Shown: one piece after another, positions 46,220 through 55,418 of the stretch | Numbering within the stretch: position 1 is the stretch's first letter | How the letters are laid out: every line of letters starts with the position of its first letter | NCBI GenBank assembly: GCA_945906305.1 | Contig: CAMDQT010000003.1 | Location: 98,553 to 162,552 of the forward strand | Length of the DNA: 64,000 bases | DNA from: Ferrithrix thermotolerans DSM 19514 | Lineage (GTDB): Bacteria; Actinomycetota; Acidimicrobiia; Acidimicrobiales; CAIXPF01 | Reading direction: 5' to 3' | Notes under the pieces: generated by a model | Seen by the model: the letters and a program-made list of their open reading frames with translations, nothing else | What the model was told of the DNA's origin: nothing | The model's database searches: none | Translations under genes and position numbers: made by a program

Positions 46220-48388
46220 ATGCAGCCGCAACGCTCTGCTGGCCTGCGACCGCGAGCTGCGCTGCTGCACCTCAACGAGTGCGCCGACGCTGCGGTGGCT
46301 CCTGCCCTCGCGGCGCGAGCAGGCCATGGGACCGAGCTGGTGCCGCGGTTCGACTTGAGTTCGGTGGCCGGGATTGAACACCCGGAGGCGCTGTCTGCGG
46401 ACTTACGCGCTCAGGTGGCTTGGGACGATCGAGTGGACGATGTGGGCCGCTACGCCTTCGCCACCCACTGGTCCCTTCCCACCTTGCGGGCACATTTCGC
46501 GTCCGAAGACATCGCCACGGTCGTGAGCGATCCGCTGGAACGGATCCTCGCCTACATCGAGCAGGCCCGGGCCTGGCCCACCGACCGGCACCGAATGTGG
46601 TACCCGCACACCCTGCCGCTAGATCTATGCCGGGCTCCGCTGGTCGAGGTTCTCGTGATGACTCAGGCCGCGGACCTCATCGACAACCGCATCGTCCGCC
46701 AGGTCAGAAGGCACGACCGGCGCGTGGTCGCGGGTTCATTCATCGCGGCGGAAGCGACGGAGACGCTGGCGCTCGACACGATCGCGTCGCTGGGCGAACT
46801 TGGCGCCGTGGCGCTGTGGGAGCAGGGTCCGGCGCTGTGGGAGAACCTGTCCAACTGGCTCGGCGTCACGGTGTCGGAAAACCGCGGTGAGCCGGTGCGG
46901 TCGCGCCAGATGCCCGGCATCTTTCGTCGTGCGGCAGAGGTTGCCGCCGCCACCGACCTGCTGCTGGAGCGAACCCGAGTCGACCTTCGGGTCTGGGCCC
47001 ATTTCGCTCGAACGTATGGTGTCCATGATCCCATGGGTCGCGCTGTCACGGCGGCCGAAGAACGTTTGAACGACTGGTGCAGCAGTGCCTTTTTTGCCGG
47101 TTTCAGCGATCTAGACCCCTCAGTGGAGGTCACCGCACAGAGCCCACTAGGCCAGGCACTGGACGGAAACGTCGGCCCGAATGCCTGGCTGCTCACGGTA
47201 GATCTCGATCCCGACGATCATCTTTCGGTGCTGCATCGTCGGATCACGGCGGTGGTCTCTGCGGGGGAGACACCGCCCGCGCATCATCTGGTCGTAGCGG
47301 TCGATGATGACCTCGTGAACCTCCGTGACGCGCTCGTGGGGCATGACCCCGACGCGGTCGTGGTGGGCCACCGCTGGGTGCAGCGGGCTCGACCCGCTCG
47401 TCTGTTCGCCCAACTGGCGGAACTCGCCGCTCCTGGTGCCAGCCTGTTGGCGGTTGCGGCGCGCAGCGACCTCGGCGCCCTCGATCGCCATGTGCGCAGT
47501 GGCGGATGGGGCGAGATCGTCCATGTGCCACTTCTCGACGGCGTGGCGGTGCGGGCGACCAACCGGGCGGAGCTCCACGCCCGCACGCATTACGGCATCC
47601 CTTTCTCCCTCGATGATCCCGACGACTCGCGCGCCATTGTGATGTCGCTGTGCTCCGGTGCGCGTTCGGTGTTGGAGTTGGGGTGTTCCGAGGGCCTGGG
47701 GACGAAGGTGATGCACGACCGTGGCCAGCATGTCGTGGCGGTTGAGTTGGACCCGACGGCGGCGGCGTTGGCCCGTCCTTTCGCTGAGGCCGTGCTTGTT
47801 GCTGACCTCGACGACGACACCGCGTTCGACCCGTTGCTCGGCCGACAATTTGACGCTGTTTTGGCGGCCGACGTGCTCGAGCACCTTCGTGGGCCTACCG
47901 CCGCGCTGCGGCGCGCCCTTCGTCACCTCGCTCCCGGCGGCAACGTGGTGCTCTCGGTGCCGAACTTGGGTCATGCCGACGTTCGGCTGTCTCTGCTCGA
48001 CGGCCGGGTGCCCTACAAGGACCTTGGACTTTTGGATCGCACCCATGTGCATTGGTTCACCTACGACGGGTTCCGCCAGCTTCTGGTGGACTGCGAACTC
48101 GTCGTGGTCGAATGGCGTCGTACCGTATTTGCTCCAGGAACCACCGAGGTGGCCCTACCGACGGACCTGGCTGAACTTGCCCAACGCTGGTTCGCTGACG
48201 ATCCCAGCGCCACCACCTACCAGTGGGTCGTGCGTTGCCAGCGGGCGAGCGAGGCGGTAGAGCAACCAGATCCGCATTTCGTGCCCGGTGCCCGCCGCTT
48301 TGTTGCTGAGCCGCGGCCGGGTATTCGGGCGAGCGGGCGTGCCCTGGCTCGGGCGGTGACTCGCAAGCTACGCCCGAAGCGGTCCTAA
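46220..48388 (+). CDS. Class I SAM-dependent methyltransferase with large unassigned N-terminal region
   Basis: ORF 46157..48388. ATG at 46220 preferred. The C-terminal ~230 aa contain VLELGCSEGLGT (motif I), FDAVLAADVLEHL and LAPGGNVVLSVPN. I recognise no motif in the first ~470 aa. Confidence 0.7.
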   Translation: MQPQRSAGLRPRAALLHLNECADAAVAPALAARAGHGTELVPRFDLSSVAGIEHPEALSADLRAQVAWDDRVDDVGRYAFATHWSLPTLRAHFASEDIATVVSDPLERILAYIEQARAWPTDRHRMWYPHTLPLDLCRAPLVEVLVMTQAADLIDNRIVRQVRRHDRRVVAGSFIAAEATETLALDTIASLGELGAVALWEQGPALWENLSNWLGVTVSENRGEPVRSRQMPGIFRRAAEVAAATDLLLERTRVDLRVWAHFARTYGVHDPMGRAVTAAEERLNDWCSSAFFAGFSDLDPSVEVTAQSPLGQALDGNVGPNAWLLTVDLDPDDHLSVLHRRITAVVSAGETPPAHHLVVAVDDDLVNLRDALVGHDPDAVVVGHRWVQRARPARLFAQLAELAAPGASLLAVAARSDLGALDRHVRSGGWGEIVHVPLLDGVAVRATNRAELHARTHYGIPFSLDDPDDSRAIVMSLCSGARSVLELGCSEGLGTKVMHDRGQHVVAVELDPTAAALARPFAEAVLVADLDDDTAFDPLLGRQFDAVLAADVLEHLRGPTAALRRALRHLAPGGNVVLSVPNLGHADVRLSLLDGRVPYKDLGLLDRTHVHWFTYDGFRQLLVDCELVVVEWRRTVFAPGTTEVALPTDLAELAQRWFADDPSATTYQWVVRCQRASEAVEQPDPHFVPGARRFVAEPRPGIRASGRALARAVTRKLRPKRS

Positions 48389-51300
48389 CACCCGGTGTCG
48401 CGGCCTTCGCCGAGCGCGTGCACGCCGAAGTCGTTTTCGATGCGTAGACCGGCGAACAGTTCGCCCGGTGGAAGCAGGAAGGTCGGGCGGATCCTGCTCA
48501 CCCAGCCCAGCACCGCATCGGGGTTTATCCCGTCGGTGAGTACCGCCGGGCCGAACATGGCCAAAAGGTCGGCGCAGTACTGTAAAGCGGCCGTTTGCAC
48601 CGTCTCGATGCGATCGCTGTCGAGGCCCGTCGCTGGTTCGGCTCGAACGACTGGGCCTCCAGGGCCCTCGGCGCGATAACCCACCACGGCGCCCTCCGCG
48701 CCGCAGAGCAGGCCCTTGAGCAGCAGGCTGTTGTCGGCCACCCAATGGCCGTTGCGCAACGGCACGTCACTACCGAAAACCCCGCTGCTGGCGGCGGTTA
48801 CGCCAGAGGCCGTGGTGACGAGGTAAAGACCGCGAATCTCATTCGGGAGCACTCGTGCCAGGGCGCGTTGCGTGGTGGTCGAGTGACCACACCCGACGAG
48901 ACACAGCGGCACCGAATCGTTGAGGCCAAGGTCGCTCAGGTGCCGGCGGAGGCCCTCGAGTTGGTCGGCCCCGAAGCTTCGCAGCGGCTCCTCAAGCTCG
49001 GCGAGAAGCGCTGCACCGCGACCATCTCTAGCGGGAAGTCGAACCCGCTTGTGATAACGACGCTCGGTCGGTCGCCACCCCAGCCGCGTTTCTAGGAGGT
49101 CGGCCAATGGTCCCTCGTACGGCTCGGTATCGACGAGCAGGTCGATATCGAGGCCCGCCGCGGCCGAAACCGCGAGCGCCGCCCGGCGCGAGGTGAGCAG
49201 ACAGCCCAGTGATGGCAGCGATGCGGGCCGCGCGCGGTGCCATTGCTCGACGGCTCGCTGCAGCACCGAGGTGTCACCCGCCATCAACAGCACCGCTTCG
49301 TCGGGATGGTCCAGACGGTGTCGAACCAACGTCGATCCGAACGTCGCCACCAGCGGTCCGAGGACGGAGTAACCGAAAACAGCCTCGGAGCGAGGATCGT
49401 TGCGGGCATCGTACAGACGGGTGGCGGACAAGCCGAGCGCGGCCTGCGTGGCCCAACTTTCGTGCTCGAGATGAACATCGGGGGCAAAGAACTGGGCCAC
49501 GGCACCAGGCGCGGGGATGTGCGACCAGTGGATGGCGTGATCGAGTGATTGTTGGAGATCGGCGGTTTCGTCGGCGCCAAGATGCAACCACTTGCTGACG
49601 GGCACCGCTTCGCTTTGGCGGACTACTTCCCACATGTCGCCCTGGTCTTTACGTACCCGGCGTTCGTTGGAGATGTACCACTCGTCGAAGAGGCCCCCGG
49701 CGCCGACCTTGGCCACCAACTCCTTGATGCATTGGGGGTCCAGGGTGCTGTCGGTCATGGCCACGAGCCGTTTGCCGTGCTCCTTCGCCCAGCGCAGTTC
49801 CTCGATCAACCATCGGCGCGGCAGCGCCACCCGTGACTCGATGGCGATTTCCTCGGCCTGCAGGCCCTGCATGGCTGGGGGTAGCTCGGAAAACACCTCG
49901 GCGAGGGTGACCTCTTTGAACTGTGGTCGATTCAGGCGGGAGCGATGCTCGCCTTGCACGCGTTCCTTAAGCCAGGACTCGGCCTCGGCGGGGTCGTCCA
50001 GCACCGCCCGAGCGGCAAAGTACGGCAATGAGTTGGGCGCCAAGGTGGGCCGAAGCACCAAGGTGTCGAATAGGTCGACCGACACAAGGTCGGCGATATC
50101 GATCTGGCGGCGCAAGGTGTCTATATCGTACGAACCGAATGAATCGGTGTTTCTTGAGGACCAATTCGCCCGCCATTGGGCCGCCGCGGGGTCGTACTCG
50201 ACGAAGCAATAGCCTGCTGCCGCGGCGGCCGAGACGATGGTGCGCTCGATCGCATGGGCCAGGGTGCGATCGGTCTGGCCGCATTCGACCTCGAAGTCCT
50301 CGACGCGAAAACCCGCGTCGAGTAACGGTGTGAGTGCGTTGACCCGCGCCCAGAACATGCCGCCAACCGGGTAGTCGACGTAGCCCCCCACCAGGGAGCG
50401 GTCGAGCCCGCAGCGCTGGAACACTTTCCGACCGTTGTCGACGTTGCCGAGCCAATGGGCGCTCCATGGCGGCATCAACGGGAAGATCGACGGTTGGATC
50501 ACCCCCACCTCGGGTTGGGTCCGGAACAGGTCGAGGTGCGCGGCGATGGCCGGGCCGGTCAGACAGCGCAGCAGATGCCCCCGCCAGTCCAAGCGTTCGG
50601 CCCCGGCGTGGAGCGACTTTTTGGTGTGCAGGTGCAACACGAGGTGGTGCTGGCGCAGTTCCTCGCCGAAGTGCACCAACAGCGGGGCGAAATTTCGACC
50701 GCGGTTGGCTACCACTTTGACGACCCGCGGGGTGGCCGTCCCGAGGATGTCATCGATGGCTTGGTTGGTGGTGGTCACCTCGGTGGCACTACACACGCTG
50801 ACCAGCAGGGTCGCGGACCCCGCCAGTGGTTCGATGGCCCGCAACAATTCGGGTAGCACGTCGGCGTAGAACGCGTGGATCATGACGCACACCCCGCGGG
50901 GGGCGATCGGACCGATTCGTGGTTGCATCAGCGGGCCGCGCCGAGTCGGCTCGGCGAGTACCGGTGCGGTCACCCCTTGGTCCCGGACGGCCAGGAAATG
51001 GGTCAGCGGGGTGACGGCCTTCAGGCTGTCGGGTTGCTCGCGTACGTAGGCGGCGCTGTCGAACAGTGGGCCCGGCGGGAGTAGTTCGCGGCGGGCGTTG
51101 CTCGCGTAATGCACGAACGGATGAGCTTCTGCTCCCGCTTGGGGAATCCGGGCGAGGTACCACTCGATGTCGAACAGCCCACTGTCGAGTTCGGCGTGCG
51201 ACACGGCGACGACGTCGGCCGGTTGTAGGTCGGCGCAACCTTCGCGGGCGAGGAGGCGATGGAAATGCACCAGAGCATTGCCTCGGGCCTGAGGGTTCAT

Positions 51301-51567
51301 GGCCTCGTAGCGAACCACGTCGAACGCAGCTGATGGCCAGCGTCCTTCAGCCATACCGCGGCGGAGGTAATGCGCCGCGGGATCCATCCCTGACCCTCGA
51401 ACGTCGGGATAGTTTTTCAAATACCAGTCGGCATCGAACCACGGGCTCGTGGGTAACAATGCTGCAAGCTCGCCAGACCGCATGGTTGCGCGACGAAGCC
51501 GAAGTCGCCGGTAAAGCCACCTTGCGCGGTTGGCTGCGACCGCTTTGCACCGCTCGCGGGCTCCCAC
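48385..51567 (-). CDS. Multidomain polysaccharide-biosynthesis protein (RgpF rhamnan-synthesis-F-like + HAD-like segment)
   Basis: 1060 aa. VCVMIHAFYADVLPELL...VVANRGRNFAPLLV...VLHLHTKKS matches my memory of the RgpF family signature. DLVSVDLFDTLVLRP resembles HAD motif I. The stop overlaps the convergent methyltransferase stop by 4 nt. Confidence 0.7.
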   Translation of the reverse strand: MGARERCKAVAANRARWLYRRLRLRRATMRSGELAALLPTSPWFDADWYLKNYPDVRGSGMDPAAHYLRRGMAEGRWPSAAFDVVRYEAMNPQARGNALVHFHRLLAREGCADLQPADVVAVSHAELDSGLFDIEWYLARIPQAGAEAHPFVHYASNARRELLPPGPLFDSAAYVREQPDSLKAVTPLTHFLAVRDQGVTAPVLAEPTRRGPLMQPRIGPIAPRGVCVMIHAFYADVLPELLRAIEPLAGSATLLVSVCSATEVTTTNQAIDDILGTATPRVVKVVANRGRNFAPLLVHFGEELRQHHLVLHLHTKKSLHAGAERLDWRGHLLRCLTGPAIAAHLDLFRTQPEVGVIQPSIFPLMPPWSAHWLGNVDNGRKVFQRCGLDRSLVGGYVDYPVGGMFWARVNALTPLLDAGFRVEDFEVECGQTDRTLAHAIERTIVSAAAAAGYCFVEYDPAAAQWRANWSSRNTDSFGSYDIDTLRRQIDIADLVSVDLFDTLVLRPTLAPNSLPYFAARAVLDDPAEAESWLKERVQGEHRSRLNRPQFKEVTLAEVFSELPPAMQGLQAEEIAIESRVALPRRWLIEELRWAKEHGKRLVAMTDSTLDPQCIKELVAKVGAGGLFDEWYISNERRVRKDQGDMWEVVRQSEAVPVSKWLHLGADETADLQQSLDHAIHWSHIPAPGAVAQFFAPDVHLEHESWATQAALGLSATRLYDARNDPRSEAVFGYSVLGPLVATFGSTLVRHRLDHPDEAVLLMAGDTSVLQRAVEQWHRARPASLPSLGCLLTSRRAALAVSAAAGLDIDLLVDTEPYEGPLADLLETRLGWRPTERRYHKRVRLPARDGRGAALLAELEEPLRSFGADQLEGLRRHLSDLGLNDSVPLCLVGCGHSTTTQRALARVLPNEIRGLYLVTTASGVTAASSGVFGSDVPLRNGHWVADNSLLLKGLLCGAEGAVVGYRAEGPGGPVVRAEPATGLDSDRIETVQTAALQYCADLLAMFGPAVLTDGINPDAVLGWVSRIRPTFLLPPGELFAGLRIENDFGVHALGEGRDTGC

Positions 51568-51671
51568 GCGAGCGAGTCTATGCGACTCACTCCAGCGGCT
51601 TTGTCAGTGTGACAGGGTCGGGCAATTGATCGCGCTTGGCGTGAGGCTTCTCGCCGGGCCACGCTGAGGGT

Positions 51672-52472
51672 ATGAGCCACCGGGCCGTCCCCTTACGCCG
51701 TGTCCTGCCCGCTCGTCTGGCCGGGTTTGTGGGGCCAATCGCCCGCGACGAACAGGGCGTCATCGATGCCATGGCGGCGCGTCGAGCGTCGTTGAATCCG
51801 GCGCAACTGCTGAACCGGCTGCCGTTGACGGCGCAGCTGTATGAGTCGGTATGGCGGGTCCGCTCGCTTGGTCTGCTCGCGGGTCGCCCGTTCCCGATTG
51901 CGGAGGAACTCGCCGAGCTCGCGGCGGCCGTGCAGCCCGCCCTCCTGCGCGGGGGTGTGGTGCTCGATGTCGCCTGTTCGGAAGGCCTCTACGGTCGTCA
52001 TCTGGCTCAGCGCGGCGCCGAGGTGGTGTTCATCGATCACAGTAGAGCCTTCCTCAATCGGGCCCTACGCCGTTGCGCCAGCCTGGCCATCGGCGATCGC
52101 GTCGACGCGGTGCGCACGCTGGCCGCCCACCTGCCCTTCGCCGACGGATCCGTCGACGCGGTGGTGATGGGTGGATCGCTCAACGAGATTGGTGACGAGG
52201 CGGCGGCGATGGCGGAGATGGTCCGGGTTCTGCGGCCCGGCGGCCGACTGTTCTGCATGAGCCTGATCCCGGCTCGCTCTCGCCGGGCCCGGCTGATCCA
52301 GAGCTTGGTCGGCTGGAGCGGGATCCGCTTTCCAACCGCGGCGCGCACCGTCGCCTCGCTGGGCGCATCGATGCGGCTGGTCGAAGAGCACTGCGACGGC
52401 ATCGTGCTGCGGATCACGGCGGAGAAGACGCCGTTGGTTGCGCCGAGCTTCAGGCAACCACCGGCGAGCTGA
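51672..52472 (+). CDS. Class I SAM-dependent methyltransferase
   Basis: 266 aa. VLDVACSEGLYG (motif I), VDAVVMGGSLNE, LRPGGRLF. Confidence 0.8.
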   Translation: MSHRAVPLRRVLPARLAGFVGPIARDEQGVIDAMAARRASLNPAQLLNRLPLTAQLYESVWRVRSLGLLAGRPFPIAEELAELAAAVQPALLRGGVVLDVACSEGLYGRHLAQRGAEVVFIDHSRAFLNRALRRCASLAIGDRVDAVRTLAAHLPFADGSVDAVVMGGSLNEIGDEAAAMAEMVRVLRPGGRLFCMSLIPARSRRARLIQSLVGWSGIRFPTAARTVASLGASMRLVEEHCDGIVLRITAEKTPLVAPSFRQPPAS

Positions 52473-52487
52473 GCGTCGGGTTTCGCC

Positions 52488-53456
52488 TCACCGGTGCTCG
52501 AGGGCGGCCAGGAAGTCCACTAGGGCGGCGTTGACCTCAGCCGGTCGTTCCTGTTGGGTCCAATGCCCACAACCATCGAGGATCACCGATCGGTGCAGCT
52601 TGGGCAAGGTCTGCGCGAAACGCTCAATGGCTTTGGCCCCCCACAAGGTGGGGCCGTCCTTGCTTCCCCCGATGAACAACGACGGCACGGTGATCGGCTG
52701 ACCGTGCAAGGAGGCGAAGTCCTTGTGGTCACGGTCCACGTTGCGATAGCGGTTCAGCCCACCGGATAGGCCGGTCCGCTCGAATTCGGCGGCGTAGAAC
52801 TCGAGGTCCTCGGGCCTCAGCCACGTCAGCGGTTCTTCGGGTCGGGCAAAGCGGTCCCGCATACGCCCTCCCTTGGCGACAGTGGCCATGGATCCGGTGC
52901 CGGGAAGCAGCGGCGGAGCCGAGCCGGAAGCGGAGTAGTAAAAGCCTTCGAGCCAACCGGCGACGTCAGGCTCGATCTCGGCCTCGGCCCGTGCAGGCCG
53001 TTGGAAGTATTGGATGTAGAACTCCTCAGCACCACCCATGGCCCGAAACACCTCGGAGGGCCGGACCTTGCCCCGAGGGGTGTAGGGCACCGACAGCCCG
53101 GCGACGGCGCGGAACACCTCGGGATGCAACAGCGCTGAGTTCCACGCGATGGGGGCTCCCCAGTCATGGCCGACCACCACGGCTTCGCTATAGCCGAGCG
53201 CCGCGACCACGCCGAGATTGTCCGCCACGTGCTCGGTCATGCGGTAGGCGTCTACCGCGGTGGGGGCGGAGGACCGGCCGTAGCCGCGTACGTCGATGGC
53301 CACGGCGTGGTACCCCGCCGCGGCGAGCACCGGGAGTTGATGGCGCCACGAGTACCACGACTCGGGGAAGCCATGAACAAACAGCACCAGTGGTCCGCTA
53401 CCGGCCTCCACCGCGTGGATGCGAATGCCGTTGGCCTTCAACGTTCGATGTTGCAC
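52488..53456 (-). CDS. Alpha/beta hydrolase, epoxide-hydrolase-like
   Basis: 322 aa. LVLFVHGFPESWYSWRHQ (HGxP), VVGHDWGAPIAW (Asp nucleophile elbow), C-terminal GCGHWTQQE. Confidence 0.85.
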   Translation of the reverse strand: MQHRTLKANGIRIHAVEAGSGPLVLFVHGFPESWYSWRHQLPVLAAAGYHAVAIDVRGYGRSSAPTAVDAYRMTEHVADNLGVVAALGYSEAVVVGHDWGAPIAWNSALLHPEVFRAVAGLSVPYTPRGKVRPSEVFRAMGGAEEFYIQYFQRPARAEAEIEPDVAGWLEGFYYSASGSAPPLLPGTGSMATVAKGGRMRDRFARPEEPLTWLRPEDLEFYAAEFERTGLSGGLNRYRNVDRDHKDFASLHGQPITVPSLFIGGSKDGPTLWGAKAIERFAQTLPKLHRSVILDGCGHWTQQERPAEVNAALVDFLAALEHR

Positions 53457-53525
53457 GATGCTCCAGGGGGTCTCGTAGGTAGCTTTGGCCGTTCTACTAC
53501 GCCCAGCGAAGGGTTCGTCCTAGCC

Positions 53526-54116
53526 GTGGTCTCCGAGGATCGTCAACGTTGGAATCAGCGCTACCGCGAGGCCGTGTCCGACCCGTCGCCGCGGGCGGTT
53601 CTTGTCGATGCGGCTGAGCTGTTGCCGCCCCCGGGCCGGGCCCTCGACCTGGCCTGTGGTCGTGGCGCCGAAGCGGTCTGGTTGGCGGCTCGTGGTTGGT
53701 TGGTCGACGCCGTCGACATCGCCGATGTGGCACTTGACCAGGTCCTCCGGTTGGCCGATGCAGCCGGGGTGCGGTCCCGATTGCGGGTCATACAGGCCGA
53801 TCTCGATGAGGGCCTACCCGAATCTTGCGTGGGTCCGTACGACCTGCTGGTGATGGGTCACTTTCGATCGGTGCTGCTCGAGACCGCAATTGAACAGCTT
53901 CTACGGCCCGCCGCGGTGGTGGTCACCAGCAGGCTGTCCATGGTCGGGCGGGTCCGGTCTTCAGCGAGTGAGGTGGGTTCGTCGGGGGGTTATCTGGCCG
54001 TACCCGACGAATTGGCTGACCTCGCCCAGCGCTTGGGTTTGAACGTCCTGTATTGGCAGCAAGGCGAGGGGGAGACTGCGCTGGTGGCCCGTACCGCCGC
54101 CTCGCCCCACCGCTGA
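53526..54116 (+). CDS. Class I SAM-dependent methyltransferase (small, TehB-like size)
   Basis: ORF 53166..54116. Its first part is antisense to the hydrolase gene. The GTG at 53526 gives VVSEDRQRWNQRY...ALDLACGRGAEAVWLA (motif I). An alternative ATG lies at 53448. Confidence 0.75.
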   Translation: MVSEDRQRWNQRYREAVSDPSPRAVLVDAAELLPPPGRALDLACGRGAEAVWLAARGWLVDAVDIADVALDQVLRLADAAGVRSRLRVIQADLDEGLPESCVGPYDLLVMGHFRSVLLETAIEQLLRPAAVVVTSRLSMVGRVRSSASEVGSSGGYLAVPDELADLAQRLGLNVLYWQQGEGETALVARTAASPHR

Positions 54117-54136
54117 GCAGCGCCCGAAGCTCGGGG

Positions 54137-55153
54137 TCAGGCCAAGGGACGGCCGAAGGGGACCGAGTCCTGCCAGGTACGCAGGAACGCTTCGGCCCGA
54201 GCACAGCCCGCCAGGAACAACCCCTCGGGGGCCCCGACACACTCGGTGATCAACGCGCTGATCTTGTCCACACATGCCGCTGGTTCGAGCGCTCCAAGCC
54301 CGGCCAACAACGGTGCGGCCACCGACACGAAGTCGGGAACGTAGCTCACCGCGTTGCGGCCCATGACCGCCAACGCCTTGGTGGTCACCGGTACCGGCGC
54401 CAGAGGTACCACGGTGCTGGCCTTCAACAAGGCGGCACCCTCGTGGGTCATGGCCCCGGTTTTCGAGCCACAGAACACGACGTCGGCATCGGCCCCCCAA
54501 ACAGCCCAGGCCGGTTTCTGGGCGGAGCCGATGGACTTGGCCATGGCCTCGCCCTGAGACAGCCACGCCTCCGCCAGCGCCACCGGGTCGAACCCGTCGG
54601 GTTCGAAGGCGCTGCCAGCAGTGGTCGCCACGGCGACCACGATGGCACCGGCGGCAACGGCCTGGCGGGCTAGGGCCACCCCGACCGGCCCGAACCCCTC
54701 AATCACGACCCGGCGGCCGCGGAGGGACCCCGACGCTGCTTCGGCGGCGGCCAGCGCGCCGGAGGCCAGAAGCTCATCGGCGCCGGAGACACCTTCGTGC
54801 ACGTCGCGCAATGACGGGCGGCGCGGGTCCTTGGCGGTGAGCACGGCGAGGTTGGCCGGGTCGATTCCCTTGGCCGGGTCCAACAGCACGGGTGGGTCGA
54901 ACGAAGCGACCTCCTCGGCGAACGCGGTCAATGCCGCCACCCTCTCCTCGGGCTTGGCGTTGACGCCGGCCGAGGCCCCGCTGGCTTGGATGCCGAAGGC
55001 TGCGAACGTGTAGGTAATCGAGCGGGCCAACATCTCGGCTCCACTGACGAGGATCTTCGGTGCCGAGCGGACGATCCCGACCGAACCGGGGGCAGTGTCG
55101 AGATCGACCAGCACGAAGCCGTCGACGGTGCTGAGCTTGCGGGTCTTCACCAC
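54137..55153 (-). CDS. Glu/Leu/Phe/Val-dehydrogenase-like protein (possibly non-canonical)
   Basis: 338 aa. Rossmann motif VVIEGFGPVGVALARQAVAAGA. The N-terminal segment LARSITYTFAAFGIQASGASAGV aligns by eye with [23 protein letters not shown] of leucine dehydrogenase but lacks both Lys residues. Confidence 0.6.
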   Translation of the reverse strand: MVKTRKLSTVDGFVLVDLDTAPGSVGIVRSAPKILVSGAEMLARSITYTFAAFGIQASGASAGVNAKPEERVAALTAFAEEVASFDPPVLLDPAKGIDPANLAVLTAKDPRRPSLRDVHEGVSGADELLASGALAAAEAASGSLRGRRVVIEGFGPVGVALARQAVAAGAIVVAVATTAGSAFEPDGFDPVALAEAWLSQGEAMAKSIGSAQKPAWAVWGADADVVFCGSKTGAMTHEGAALLKASTVVPLAPVPVTTKALAVMGRNAVSYVPDFVSVAAPLLAGLGALEPAACVDKISALITECVGAPEGLFLAGCARAEAFLRTWQDSVPFGRPLA

Positions 55154-55418
55154 CCCATCATGTTGGGCCGGAGAGGGTTCCCGCCACTACCCCGCGGTAA
55201 TGGGTCTCCAGTCGATCCTGCTGCACACCGAGTGACCGCGTCCGAAATGCGCTCCGCCGGTCAGTTCCTGGTGCGTTGGCGTGCTCCGCCGTCATTGCGC
55301 CCAGGGCAAGAACGTGGCGCCGGCCAGGGCCGGGGCGAACTCGCGCCCGCCGCTTGTGGTGGCGGTGCAACGCCGCAATAGGCTCCGGCCCGGCCGTAAG
55401 GGCCCACCGGGGGGAACA

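Noticed and set aside
55180-55188. CCCGCCACT resembling the cobalamin riboswitch core
   Set aside because: The other conserved blocks (GGGAA/GGTG..AA.TCC upstream, GCCACTG..GGGAAGG, a clean B12 box AGYCAGGAGACCTGCC) are missing or only weakly approximated (GTCAGTTCCTGG). The upstream part would have to lie inside the divergent gene.
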